Of a stretch of 64,000 nucleotides of DNA, positions 25,770 to 39,093 are shown piece by piece. A program made the translations under genes and the position numbers. Under the pieces are notes generated by a model. The model worked only from the letters and a program-made list of their open reading frames with translations. It did not search any database and was not told where the DNA came from. The DNA comes from the human T2T-CHM13v2.0 reference genome, Homo sapiens. Position 1 is the first letter of the stretch, and each line of letters begins with the position of its first letter. Location of the stretch: assembly GCF_009914755.1 (NCBI RefSeq), contig NC_060938.1; one strand, 5' to 3'.

Positions 25770-26699
25770 ATGTTAGATTTTTTTAAAAAAAGCTCTGATT
25801 TGGCGAAGAGCAGGGTGACATGGAAGGCCATCAATCCCTGACCTTTGAAGTTAGAGAGGGCTCCTAAAAGGACCTTTAACTGAGCCAAAGCATAAAAGAT
25901 AAGAGGAAAAGATGTTGGTTGGGGAAGGGTAGGAGAGGAAGGTTCAGAGAAAAACAATGAGAGAGACAGAGAAGATGTTACAGGAAGAACCTGTTTGGCC
26001 AAACCAAGTGTTTTCATTTCATGAATAGAGCATACTGGAGGAAAGGGACCTCTCTAGAAGTGTATTTCATGGAGACTGACCTAACTGTGTAAAATGCAGA
26101 ATCATACAGAAAAAAAGAATTCTCAGTACTGATGTTGAAGGCCCTGGTTGAAATAAACTCCATGGTCCTGGAAGGGATGCGAAGAGCATCCGCAACCTCC
26201 TAGAACCCAGACATCAAAAAAGAGAATTGAAATGGAACCAGAGCTGAGACATTTTTCTAAGTCCCAACTACCAGGAGGTTTCCTAGACACTGGAGAGAAG
26301 AGGTTGAAGTTTCATACAAAACCAAAATTGCAATTGTGTTATGCAATTTTGCCGTGTAACTATTCATGTCAACTTTATCCAAACATCATTCTGTAGGTAG
26401 GTGCCTTCATTCTCAATTAATCCGTTTGTGGCTGAGTAAACCCGTCACCTCCAGATCTTGAAAAAGGACCCTGTGTGGCTTCAGATCTTGAAGACAGCAG
26501 GTAAGCATCTGCGTTTCAGTAGCCAGACCAGCAGCTCCAGGGAGGGAGGCGAGGGGAGGGTGTTATTTAGGTTTGGTAGGTGAGGGTCCGAGAGATTAAA
26601 TAACATATCTGAGGCCACACGGTGATAGTGGGGGAAGTTTTCTTCACATATTCCAAGCAATTCTCGCCCTACCCCCACCGACCCCATCACTAAAAAGGA

Positions 26700-26900
26700 G
26701 CTGATGTTGACCACCTGCCAGGTGGCATGCAGCATGCTGCAGAGTTTACATATATTCTGTTTATGTGCGTAACATTTCCAAATAATGTTAGTCATGCCCA
26801 TTTCATAGATGTGGAAACTGAGTCCATGATGCAAACTGAGAGTCTCAAGCCCAGGCCTTTTGTCTCCATGTTCAAGCTGGACAACTAAGAGATGGGCTCT
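26700..26900 (-). mobile_element. MIR SINE
   Basis: CCCATTTCATAGATGTGGAAACTGAG core. Confidence 0.65.
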
Positions 26901-28149
26901 TTCTAAGCCCGCTATTCCTCTAAGAGCTAATGCCCTCATGCCCCCATAATTCACATTTCCCATATCTCCACTGAATTGAACTGAACCCCTCACAATGGCT
27001 TCCTTCCACCATCTTCCACTGGCTTTTTCCATCTGTCAGGGATGCTAAGACCTTTAAGTCAGCTAAGAGTCAGCTACGTGAAAGGGCTGAGATGCAATGT
27101 TGTCAGAAGAGGAGTAGGAGAGGGTGAGGGGATCAAAGAGGAGAGAGATGAAGCAGCACTCATCTTGCATATGCTCAAGGTAAGTAGGCCTCCTTCCACA
27201 GATGAAATCTGGAGTGAACTGTGGCAATCGAGCAGTCCCCAGAGAGCAACAATCCCTGCATTTCTGAAAACCCACAGTGGCTCAGTAGCGCTAGGGAACC
27301 ACACAGAATCCCAAGCACCCCTCTCCTTTCAATGACAACACAATTCTCAGTGGTCAGTTGGCTATTTCGATATGCTAATTACCTAGGAGGCAACTTACCT
27401 CTTGGGGTTTTGCTAATCCCTTGCCCAATTGTACAGCTTCATAGGGCCAGTTAGTCATCCTTTAAAGTATGCTCCAGAAAGTAAATGTTCTTTCAGATTG
27501 CCAGGGACTTTTTACTTAAGGTGGCCAGCCACTCAATTTCCAGGAGCTGGGAGCATCCACCCACAAAACCATGGCCAGGCTTGCCAAAGGGAAGGCATGC
27601 TGTTTGGCACAGGGACTTTAATCTACTGCCGATATTTCATTATTATAATGCAATAATAAAAGTAGGTGTGTACAATAAAGCCATTTAATAATAACTATTA
27701 TCAGGCACACATTAGCCTGCCTTTGAAGAGGCAGTTTGTATGCAACGTAATTCCTGGTAGGGGGAGAATCAGTGGTAGAACACTTAAGCCTCATGGGAAG
27801 ACGAGGACGCAATGGGCTAAGAGACATGGGGCAGCTGTGTGTGGCCCTCAAATCGAAGAGACAGCTCTGTCTACTGATGATACCGCATTTCAACGTTATA
27901 GTAATACCACTGAGTAGTTTTCATTGTTTTGTTTTTTTGTTGTTGTTGTTGTTTAGAGGGTGGAAACTGAAGGCCAAAGAAGTGAAATAAACTGCCTATC
28001 CCTTCAGCTGAGCTGTGACTTGAATCTGACTCCATGGATTATATTCTTTCTAAATTCCTAAAGTTTTGAATCTTTTTTTTATCGTCTCTTAAATAAATTT
28101 GTAGGCTAATCTACAATTTCTAAAGTAAATTTAAGGAGAGTCCAAAATG

Positions 28150-28360
28150 TGTATAGCACTTACTGTGTATCAGGCACTATGTTAGTGCTTACATATGTCA
28201 ACTTAATCCACCCTCACACAGGACTATGACATTCATATCATTATTATTCCCATTTTTAGTGTAAGGAACTGAGACACAGAGAGGTTGGGTCATCTGTCAA
28301 GGGTCACACAGCTGCTTACTGATGCACATCAGATTTTAACCCAACCAGCCTGGCTCCCAA
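28150..28360 (-). mobile_element. MIR SINE
   Basis: TATAGCACTTACTGTGTATCAGGCACT ... GGAACTGAGACACAGAGAGGTT ... GGTCACACAGC. Confidence 0.8.
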
Positions 28361-28535
28361 TCGCTTCACAGGACTACTGAGCAAATTGGAATCTGATGTG
28401 GCACCTTCCTCATCTGCTGTGCTGCTGGGGAGGAATCTTTTTAGGATTGTAAACGATGTTGCTCTTCACTCGTGCTGTTCCTGATCAAAGATCCAGAGAC
28501 CATTCTGTGTGTTTCTTTTCTGATAATAATGTAGC

Positions 28536-29568
28536 CATATGAGTTTTCAGTTGCTGCTGTAAAAACTGAGCACAAAATTGGTAGCTTAAACCAGTGATCC
28601 CCAACCTTTTTGGCACCAGGTAGTGGTTTCGAGGAAGACAATTTTCCACGGACTGGGAGCAGGGGATGGTTTGGGGATGACTCAAGAACGTTACATTCAT
28701 GGTGCACTTTATTTCCACTTTTATTACATTATAATATATAATGAAATACAACTGACCATAATGTAGAATCAGTGGGAGCCCTGAGCTTGTTTTCCTGCAA
28801 CTACACAGTCCTATCTTGGGGAGATGGGAGACAGTGACAGATCATCAGGCATTAGATTCTCATAAGGAGAACACAACCTAGATCCCTCACATGTGCAGTT
28901 CACAGTAGGGTTTGTGTTCCTGTGAGGATCTTATACTGCCATTGATCTGCCAGAAGGAGGAGCTCAGGCGGTAATGTGAGTGATGGGGAGTGGCTGTAAA
29001 TACAGACGAAGCTTCACTTACCCTCCTGCTAACCTCCTGCTGTGCAGCCCAGTTCCTAACAAGCCATGGACCAGTACCCATCCGTGACCGGGGACTGGGG
29101 AACCCTGGCTTAAACAACATAAATGTATTACCTTCTTGATAGTTTAGAAACCCAACATAGGTTTCATCAGGCTAAAAGCAAGATGTCTGTTAGTCAGTCA
29201 CCCTGGAGGTTTGAGGGTAGAATTCATTGCTTTGCCTTTTCCAGCTACTAGAGGACACCAGCATTCCTTGGTTTCTGACCCCCTTCCTCCATCTTCAAAG
29301 CCAGCCAGGTAGCATTCCACTCTACATTCTTCAATGTTCACATCTTCATCCCCACAAAAGCTGGAAAAGCTTCTCCACTTTGAAGGATTCATATGATACG
29401 ATTACCCGGGATAACCCAGGATAATCATCCTATCTCCAGGTTCATATTCCTGATCTTTCCTGAAAAGTTCCTCTGCCATATAAGGCAGTATAGTCACAGG
29501 TTGTGGGGATTCAGACAGGGACCTCTCTAGAGGTCCATTAAGAGAGGTCCATTATTCTGATTACCACA
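28536..29568 (-). mobile_element. MLT1D/E-type MaLR LTR, split by MER1A
   Basis: TTGCTGCTGTAA ... GCTTAAAC|AACATAAATG ... CCTCCATCTTCAAAGCCAGC ... TACCACA; near-TSD GTAGC/CTAGC. Confidence 0.75.
28592..29107 (+). mobile_element. MER1A (hAT-Charlie), full length
   Basis: CCCCAACCTTTTTGGCACCAGG ... GGGGAACCCTG; perfect 8-bp TSD GCTTAAAC at 28584-28591 and 29108-29115. Confidence 0.9.
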
Positions 29569-30274
29569 CTAGCCAAAGCATGACAGAAGTGATGAGCACA
29601 GGCATCGCCGATTTTAACTTTGCATTAAGGCAACTCTCACAGGATCTAGATATAAAGATCAACCCATAAATAATGAAAGTTTTTATGTTTGAATACCTGT
29701 CCCATAAGGCTTATTATTATCACTACTCTTAATTTAACATGATTATCAGCATTAATATTATTACCATATTAACTAGCATCTGTACCTCAATGCAAAAGCT
29801 TTTTTTGAATTTATCATTTGTTTGGATCAAATAAGGACACACATGTAAAAGGGCTTTGTAAACTTCAAGTTTCTGTCCAAATATGAGTCGTGATTAGAGG
29901 CCTGCATGTGGAGTGATAGGAGGAAGCACTGAGTACTGGTAGATGCCCATAAATACGTGTGGAGCAGAATGAAAAGCAAAGCTTTTGCTGTGACTTATAT
30001 GGAAAGAAGGATCTGAACTTAATTTAAGCTTAAGAGAAGTTGATGATTTTCTTGCTTCCCAGATTTATGAAGCTATTAGAGATTCTCAACAGATGAATTA
30101 TGGGGGGTGAAATTGTAGCCCACGTACAGCTCAGCAAATGAGCATGTTGTCATGGTAGGGAAGACTGTCACTTTGGGACAGATAAGGCGACCTAGAGTAG
30201 CTGTGTACTCTATACACATAACTGTTCCTCTACACAGATCTGAACACAGAGGGGTAATGAGTAAGAAAGAAAAG

Positions 30275-30792
<518 letters not shown>

Positions 30793-31027
30793 CTAGACTC
30801 AGCACATGGAACCAGGTATGAGGTTTCAGGGGCCTCACTCTACTTTCCTGGGCCTCAGTATTTCCACTTGCATGTGGACGAAATGAGATCTAACAGTCCT
30901 TGTATCCAGATACACACTGCTTTCTCTCAATGACAGCCCCAGAGAGTGAAGCCAGGTTTTTGCCCTTGGTCCACTCTTGATGAATTTATACCACTGAATC
31001 AACAGATGGTGTTATTGTCCTTGAGTT

Positions 31028-31178
31028 AAGTGCATTTCTAACTTTAATGCCATATAAATGTCCTGGGAATCTTGTGAAAATTCAGACTCCCATTCAGTGG
31101 TTCCAGGGTTCTACATTCCTGTAAGTTCCTAGGGGATGCTCACACTATTGGCTGATGGAGCACACTTTGGGTAGTGAC
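31028..31178. mobile_element. MER5-type hAT MITE
   Basis: CCTGGGAATCTTGTGAAAATTCAGACTCC ... CTACATTCCTGTAAGTTCC ... CACACTTTGGGTAG. Confidence 0.6.
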
Positions 31179-31770
31179 AACGTTCCGCCTACTGGAGCTT
31201 GCAGACTTGTCCGGGCACCTGGCTCACTGCTCTGCCACCCCTACCTCACAGTCCCTCACATCAGCCAGGTGCCGTCTGTAGGACTCACATTATCTAGAAC
31301 CCTTTGAGTTGCTAGTATAGGAACAGAGGGAGGATTAGCCCAAGCACAAAGTGGGGGTTGCACTGGCTCACATTTTGTGAAAGGTGAGGGAGCAGCTGGG
31401 GAAGGCTGGGGCCAGACACTTCCTGGAAGGGACCCTCACCTCCTGCCTCTCACCCCTGCTGCACTCTCCTTGTTGGCCGGCAGCAGCAATTTACAGGGCT
31501 CCAACCCCAAGTAAGAAATTTGGGGGAAGGTTCCTAACTGGCCCAGGTTGGATCACAGGCTTGGACCAATCATTTGGGAAGTGTGTATATGTGGGGAAGG
31601 AGGTGAGAGACATTAGATTATTCCCTGTGGCCAGCGGGAAGCTTCCATTCTGTTCTCAATGTTGCAGCTGGGGAGGAGAGGGATTGCTCCCCAGAGAAGG
31701 GGCATGGCAGAGGCCTGGCCCCCAGGAATTCTTGTGCACATGCCAGCCCCTGCCCCCTGCTTTGTGTGTA

Positions 31771-32104
31771 CAGGAGGAGCACCCCTAATCCCAAAATCCA
31801 AAATCTGAAATGCTCCAAAATCCAGAACTTTTGAGCACCAACATGATGTCACAAGTGGAAAATTCCACACATAATTACTTAACACAAACTTTGTTTCATG
31901 CACCAATTATTTAAAATATTGTATAAAAATTACCTTGTGGCTATGTGTATAAGGCATATGAAACATTAAAAAAAATGTGTTTAGACTTGGGTCTCATCCC
32001 CAAGATATCTCATTATGTGCATACAAATATTCCAAAATCTGAAGAAATTGGAAATCTGAAACACTTCTGACCCCAAGCATTTTGGATAAGGGATACTAAA
32101 TCTG
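31771..32104 (+). mobile_element. Tigger4b/MER46-type Tc1/mariner MITE
   Basis: CCCTAATCCCAAAATCCAAAATCTGAAATGCTCCAAAATC ... GGATAAGGGATACT; TA on both flanks. Confidence 0.85.
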
Positions 32105-32404
32105 TATTGCAAACCTTGTGAACCGGCATCCAGGAACTGTTTCTGTATCAGGGTAGTAGTGTGGATTCTGGGCAAAGGGTCCTGTAGCCCCCTTCCATTT
32201 TCGCAAAATATACGGTGCTCCTGTTTGTCTGTTTCTGTGCTACGTGGGGCAATGGGGTCCCATGTTCCCAGGAGTAGGAGCTACAGGCATGCTGCTCTGA
32301 AGTTTACCTGGGTCTGTTCTGGTTGCACTCTGCTGTCCTGGTATAATTATTCATAGTGCCCTCCTTTCTCCTTCCTAAGGGCTCTGCTTTGGACTATAAT
32401 TTAT

Positions 32405-32550
32405 AAGAAGCCTGGGCTTTGGAGTCAGACACATCCAAGTTCAGAGCCCACCTTGATGCTGTGAGATCCTGGCAAAGCCACCCACTCCCTCTGAAAAGTG
32501 GATTGCGGAGATTAAGAGAGACTACTGAAGTGCCACGTTTAGGCTGACAT
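32405..32550 (+). mobile_element. MIR SINE
   Basis: GGGCTTTGGAGTCAGAC ... GCTGTGAGATCCTGGCAAAG. Confidence 0.6.
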
Positions 32551-34715
32551 CAGGAGCACCGGTGATACCTCCTTCCCATGTTGCGAAAGCTTTGATTTTG
32601 ACCCATCCTTGAGTCCTGAAGCTTGAACTCTGACCAGCCTGGGGAAGCTCATTCGGTATTTTGATTTGATTTGATTTTTTTTCCTTTCTCTTTATCAGTT
32701 CTGTGGCTAAAAGACCTCAGTCCTCCAGGCAACATCACGTTGATGCCTTTCACAAGCACTAACATTCCCATTTAAAACCGGAAAATATTTGACTATCTTT
32801 GTTGTTGCTGCTATAAATCCTATTGGATTCACATCAAATGGGACAAATTTTAAATTTCACCCATGAGACCTTTATCGGGTGTGCATCCCATTCAGAGACC
32901 CACAGTGGAAAATGGATTTCAAAATTGTGTGCACTGCATTTTGAGGCTGAATATTTTAAAACCTGAATGCATAACCAAAAAATTGGAACAGGGCGAATAA
33001 ACTGTACTGACCCATATCAACGAATGATATCAACTCCACTTCTACCCAGAGTGAGTGGAATTGCTTATCAAACAGATCCCTTCTCATCTTCTCATAAATT
33101 ACAACAACACAGAGAATGGACGGGACCCCCTTCCTGTTATTTCTTCCTGTATTTTTTTTTTTCACGGCTTTCTCACATCATAGCCTACAAAATAAGATTA
33201 CAGGAATTTGTAAATCATTAGGAGCCTACAAATTGCACATCTGTGACTTAGAAATTGGTAAATTAAACAAAAGAACTTTTTCTTGTATTTACAGATTGTG
33301 AAATGGACACTATCAGGTTGCCTTTAAAATACGTAATAAAACACACCTTCAGATTCAAACCTACAGGTAATCTTCTCACAGATGAAATGGTTCATATAAC
33401 ATTAGTGACACCACAAAATACCATATTACAGCTCGTGACTTACCATCATGCCTTTTACATTCTGCAAGACTGCTGAATCTTATTTTTGTTAAAAGTTATC
33501 ATGTTGTCAATTTTCTAATCTAATTCCTAATCATGAAAATGTACCCTGATTTCTATTTCAGTCGAGCCAGTAATAAAATATTGTTTTCCTGTTTTATCAT
33601 CGATTTTCTGTGGTTATCATGGTGTCGTCATTTATTACTGTTGATGGTTCCTAACATATGTTTTGACATCCAAGGCATAGATTGTAAAATTCAGTGAAAA
33701 TATATTGAAAATTTATAAGGGCTGGACGACCGTGGAGTTGTTGCTGACATGTGGCATTTCTTCATGAAAGACTGAGAACATGTGATCACACAAGGATTTC
33801 TCACTCATTCAGATAATTGTCATACAATGGCTCTGTCCCAGGCTGTGTGCCTTAGGTTCCAGGGTTGCAGTGATGAGGGAAACCCTGCCCTCACCTTGCA
33901 GAGATCAAATTCCAGCGGCGGTGACGGACCTGTGAGAAGACATGCACAGCATTGAGTCACTAAGTTAGCTAAACCTTAGGATTGTGTATATCTTTAAAGA
34001 AGACAAAATGCTTTCACATTTATTATCTTATTTGATCTTTACGGTAGCTCTGGGAGATGAGAAAGACTCTTATTATTAACCCTATTTACCAGACAAGAAA
34101 GCTGTTAGAAATCAAGATGGTATTTTGTGGTATTTGATATTTGGACCAGGAACTTGGTAATACAGAATCCTAGCCGACCAGTTACATCAACCTCTGACAG
34201 ATGTGAAGGGTGAGCTGAGAGGACTCCCTGGTAGGTGGATAACGATGCTCCCAGCAGAGTTCTGGATGGGGTGAGTAGAACCTGCCCAAGGCTCCAGGCC
34301 TCGGCAGGACATCTGATCACCCAGGAAGACTTCTACATCTTGGGCACCTCCACTCCAGCCAGGCCACATGGAAAAAAGTGTGCAGGACGAAGGGAGCTCA
34401 CTAAGACCTTTATGGAGCTTCTGCTATGGGTCAGGCTGTATTTAATAACCTTCATTTTACAGATTCATAATCTGAGTTTCAGGGAGAATAAATAATTTTC
34501 CAAGTGTAGGATCAGTTTGTTTTATTATAATAAGAAAACATTAAAAACTTTAGATAGACACAGATATATAGATACGGTTTATACCTATTTATCTATAACT
34601 CATTTATACCTCCATCTATATGTATATATGCAGATATAGACATAGATATTGAGCTGGATATAGACATAGTTATTGGTATAGATACAAATACAGATATATC
34701 TATAGATGGCTACGT

Positions 34716-35035
34716 TTTTCACCTTTTGTTGAGGCACATAGCATACATACTGAGAAGCGCACATGTAAGGGTACAGCTGAAGGCATTTTCACAAATCAAA
34801 TGTGCCCATTGAACCCTCTCCTAGCTCAGGAAACCTTCCATCATCAATCCTCAGGAAGCTCCCTCAGACTCTCTCAATCCTTACCTACCCACCTGCTCCC
34901 AGAGACTAACCACTATCCTACTTCTAACAGCTGATGTTAGCTGTGCCTGTTTACATGCTCCAGACAAACAAACTCCTACAGCATGCACTCCGTTGTGCCT
35001 GGCTTATTTTACCCAATATTTTGTTTGTGAGCTTC
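34716..35035 (-). mobile_element. L1ME-type 3' fragment
   Basis: TAAGGGTACAGCTGA ... TTTTCACAAA ... TAACCACTATCCTACTTCTAACA. Confidence 0.65.
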
Positions 35036-35155
35036 AGCTTCACCTGCGCTTTTACTGGAGGACTCTGTTGAGCCACCCCATACGTGAGCTATTAAGAGGG
35101 GCCAGCATACTTGACTTCCTGGTTTGTGTTCACGCCCTGACATTTTATGAAGCTA

Positions 35156-35225
35156 TTAGGTTGGTGCCAAAGTAATTGTGGTTTTTGCCATTGCAAAAGC
35201 TACAGTTACTCTTTTACCAACCTAA
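35156..35225. mobile_element. MADE1 mariner MITE
   Basis: TTAGGTTGGTGCCAAAGTAATTGTGGTTTTTGCC ... ACCAACCTAA with TA on both flanks; loop shortened. Confidence 0.9.
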
Positions 35226-35946
35226 TAAAACTGCATGTAAACCTTATAAAGTGCAGGGATAGAAATTAACAAGAGGCCAGGGTTTGTGACCATGGCGGAT
35301 CATGAACTAGCTGTGTAGTCTTAGAGAAATGCCTTAACCTCTCTGTGCCGGGAATCACTGGTGACTTGGCAGGGTTTTGCTCTATTATCCATTCAAAATG
35401 GTATTTCTGGGTTTAGTGTCCTATAGGAAGAAATAAGGACAAAACTTTCCTCAAGCCGTAAGTGTTTATTTTGCCTAGTTAGCTGTTTAGACTTGGGAGG
35501 TTTGCTCAAACTTGCTTAGCTATGTGTTAAAGTTTCAGTTCAACGCACTCCTGTTGATTTAATAACTCATTCTGGCACGTTCCTTTCCCTGGATTACTGC
35601 AATCACATCCTTGCTGGCTATTTGGCTGCTGTTACCTCTTTCCAGGCCCTTCTCAGCAGAGTTAGGGGTTGGGAGGGGCACTCTAGAATGATCTTTAAAA
35701 CCAAACGTAACTATAACATTCTGCTGCCGAACATTCTCCTTCAGCTCGCAGTTGTCTATAGGATAGACTCAAAATTATTTGACATGGCATCAACAACCCT
35801 TTAAAACTTGGCCCAGCTTGCCTTTAGGGCCTCCTGTCCAAGGCCTTCCAAATTCAGACTGCCCTCTGCCTCAGACCCAACTGCTGCTTCCCTCTATGTT
35901 CGAGAGATCTTCTCCTTAAAATTAAGGGAGGACTGTATCTCAGCAA

Positions 35947-36258
35947 CAACGAGGTCAGCCAACTACAGCCCCTGAGGGCCCAATCTGGCTCACCACCTAT
36001 CTGTAGACCACGAGAGCTAGAAATGGATTCGCATTTTTAAATGTCCAAAAAGGATAATGACACATAAAAACTATATGAAGTTCCAATTTCAGTGTCAATA
36101 AACAAAGTTTTATTACAGCCATGCTCATTCATTTATGTACTGCCTGTGGTTGCTTCCACACTATGGCGGCAGAGTTGCTTGGTTGTGGCAGAGACTGTGT
36201 GGCCGGCAAAACAGAAAATACCTATTAGTAGGCTCCTTACAGGAAGTCCGCTGGCCTC
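35947..36258 (+). mobile_element. MER58B (hAT-Charlie)
   Basis: GGTCAGCCAACTACAGCCC ... AAACTATATGAAGTTCCAATTTCAGTGTC ... CAGCCATGCTCATTCATTTA. Confidence 0.8.
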
Positions 36259-36305
36259 AAATCTATGTTCACAGAATATTTTTGAAAAATTCTACTTTGC
36301 ACATT

Positions 36306-36334
36306 TATATATATGTGTGTGTGTGTGTGTGTGT
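36306..36334 (+). repeat. (TA)n(TG)n microsatellite
   Basis: directly visible. Confidence 0.9.
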
Positions 36335-37863
36335 ATGTTTATATACATTTATAAATGTATATATTTTATAAAGAGAACTTTTTATTTATTTACTTTTTCC
36401 CCAGAGTAGTGTGCTCTATTTAACACTGTATCCCAGCTTCTGATATCTTGACACACAGCAGCAGGTAAATTAAGTATTTGCTAAATTGCCTTGGCTGGTT
36501 TGGTACACAGTTTAAGTCAGTGGCTCCTAGGTTTAACTAAGTGGTGGTTAATGTATCTGCCCAGAAGCTGTAGGTAGATTTAAGTTTTACTTGAATTGCT
36601 TACTTAAGATTTAAGTAGATGTAGTATTTAGAATAGGAAATGTTGGGGCAGGGGGGTAAATCTAGTTTTATTTGACAGGTATTTATGATTAGCTATTAAC
36701 AGGCATTGAGTTAGGAATACCAAGTTCATGGCCATCAAAGATGAAAAAGGTACGAGCTCTTCCTTGAAGAAGTTTATTCCCTAGATAGGAAGGGCAGATG
36801 CTAATGAATTGTCTAAATGCTCTTTTAGTTAGGCCTGTGTCTTTCAGAGGGGAAGGCATTCTTTTTGGTCAGAGATAGATACAGTATAAAATTTTAGAAG
36901 TGGAAGGGAATTTAGAGATTAAGAGATGAAGTTTGGTTATTTGACCATGTTCAAACCAACCGTTTGACTTTACTAACCTCACTTCCACATTTGGCAAATA
37001 GGTTTGAGGGTAAAATAGATCAAGCCTGGCGTCCCTTATAGCTCAAATTCTAAGGTTTAATTTTTTAAATTTTACTGTTTGATTTAACTTTTTGATAGAT
37101 GTCTTATCAAAAAACCATTAGTATCCAAGCATGTTGCCTTTTAGCTTGTTTTAATATACAGGCATGTATCTATTCTAAAAATATTATTCAGAGTCTCTTC
37201 TTCACAAAACGAAAGAAAGACCCCTCTATCTTAAAAAAGTACTAGAACACATGAAACAAAAGACCCTCCATATCTATGAGAAGATAAGGCTAAATTTTCA
37301 AGTTCTTTTTTTAATTACTAAATCACTTCAAACAGTTTCCAAACATAATAGGGACAATATGGTGTGACTCTTGATGTTGGCTTCTACAATTAGTGTGTTA
37401 TTAATTAAACTCTTGAGTAATATAATAACTTGACAGTTAAAGCCCTTCTTTGCATTTAAAGTGCATGCAAACTGTGGCTCCAATTATAAATAAACTCTAC
37501 TGCGATGGGCTTAAAACTGCAAATTTAATTATTCAGAGCAAATTGTTCAATCTATGCTCTATTCTGGAGGATGCTTCCTGAATATTCTCGTGTGCTCGAT
37601 ATGAATGGGGGTCTAAAGTAGGGTTCCATAGCATAGGCCTGCTTGCGCATCTCTCTGCCCCTAGCTTCCCTACCCTCCCTGCTACTGCTCCAAACTGGAA
37701 ATTCACGTGGGTTTTCCAGGCATGCCTCATTCAGTCCACTCTCCTTCACCATGGCGCTGCAAAAGCCTTTCCATGCAAAACACAACTTGACCATGTTCTT
37801 CCATCACTTCCTTCAACATTGCTGAGGATTTCTCTAACTTTCAGGATGAAGTTTAGACACTAG

Positions 37864-38600
<737 letters not shown>

Positions 38601-38782
38601 CCTCAAGGTGATTTCTTGCATAGCTTCCAGTTGCTTCCCCACAGAGAAGCAAGTCCTGCTATAAGTATCTATTGTACCATTGTCCCTCTACCTAAAGTCC
38701 TACAGAGTACTTTTTCAATACTCACGAAGGAGTAGAACTGACTCAATTCAAGAAAATTCAAGGATGCCAGGTACAGAACTTA

Positions 38783-39093
38783 CTTTTTCTTGGTGGGGGG
38801 AGGGGCGGGGGAGGGGAGACTTGCTCCTTTGCCCAGGCTGGAGGGCAGTCCTACAACCTCGGCTCACTGCAATGCCCACCTACCGGGTACAAGCAATTCT
38901 CCTGCCTTACCCTCCCAAGTAGCTGGGATTACAGGTGCCTGCCACCATGTCCGGCTAATTTTTTGTATTTTTGGTAGAGACAGGGTTTCACCATTTTGGC
39001 TGGGCTGGTCTCGAACTCCTGACCTCAAATGATCTGCCCACCCTCGGCCTCCCAAAGTGCTGGGATTACAGGCTTGAGCCACCACGCCCAGCT
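38783..39093 (-). mobile_element. AluS with G-rich replacement of the tail
   Basis: GCCCAGGCTGG ... CCTCCCAAAGTGCTGGGATTACAGGC; degenerate TSD AGAACTTA(C/T)TT. Confidence 0.9.

Noticed and set aside
26481-27032. 183-aa minus-strand ORF
   Set aside because: Largely MIR sequence with no recognisable domain.
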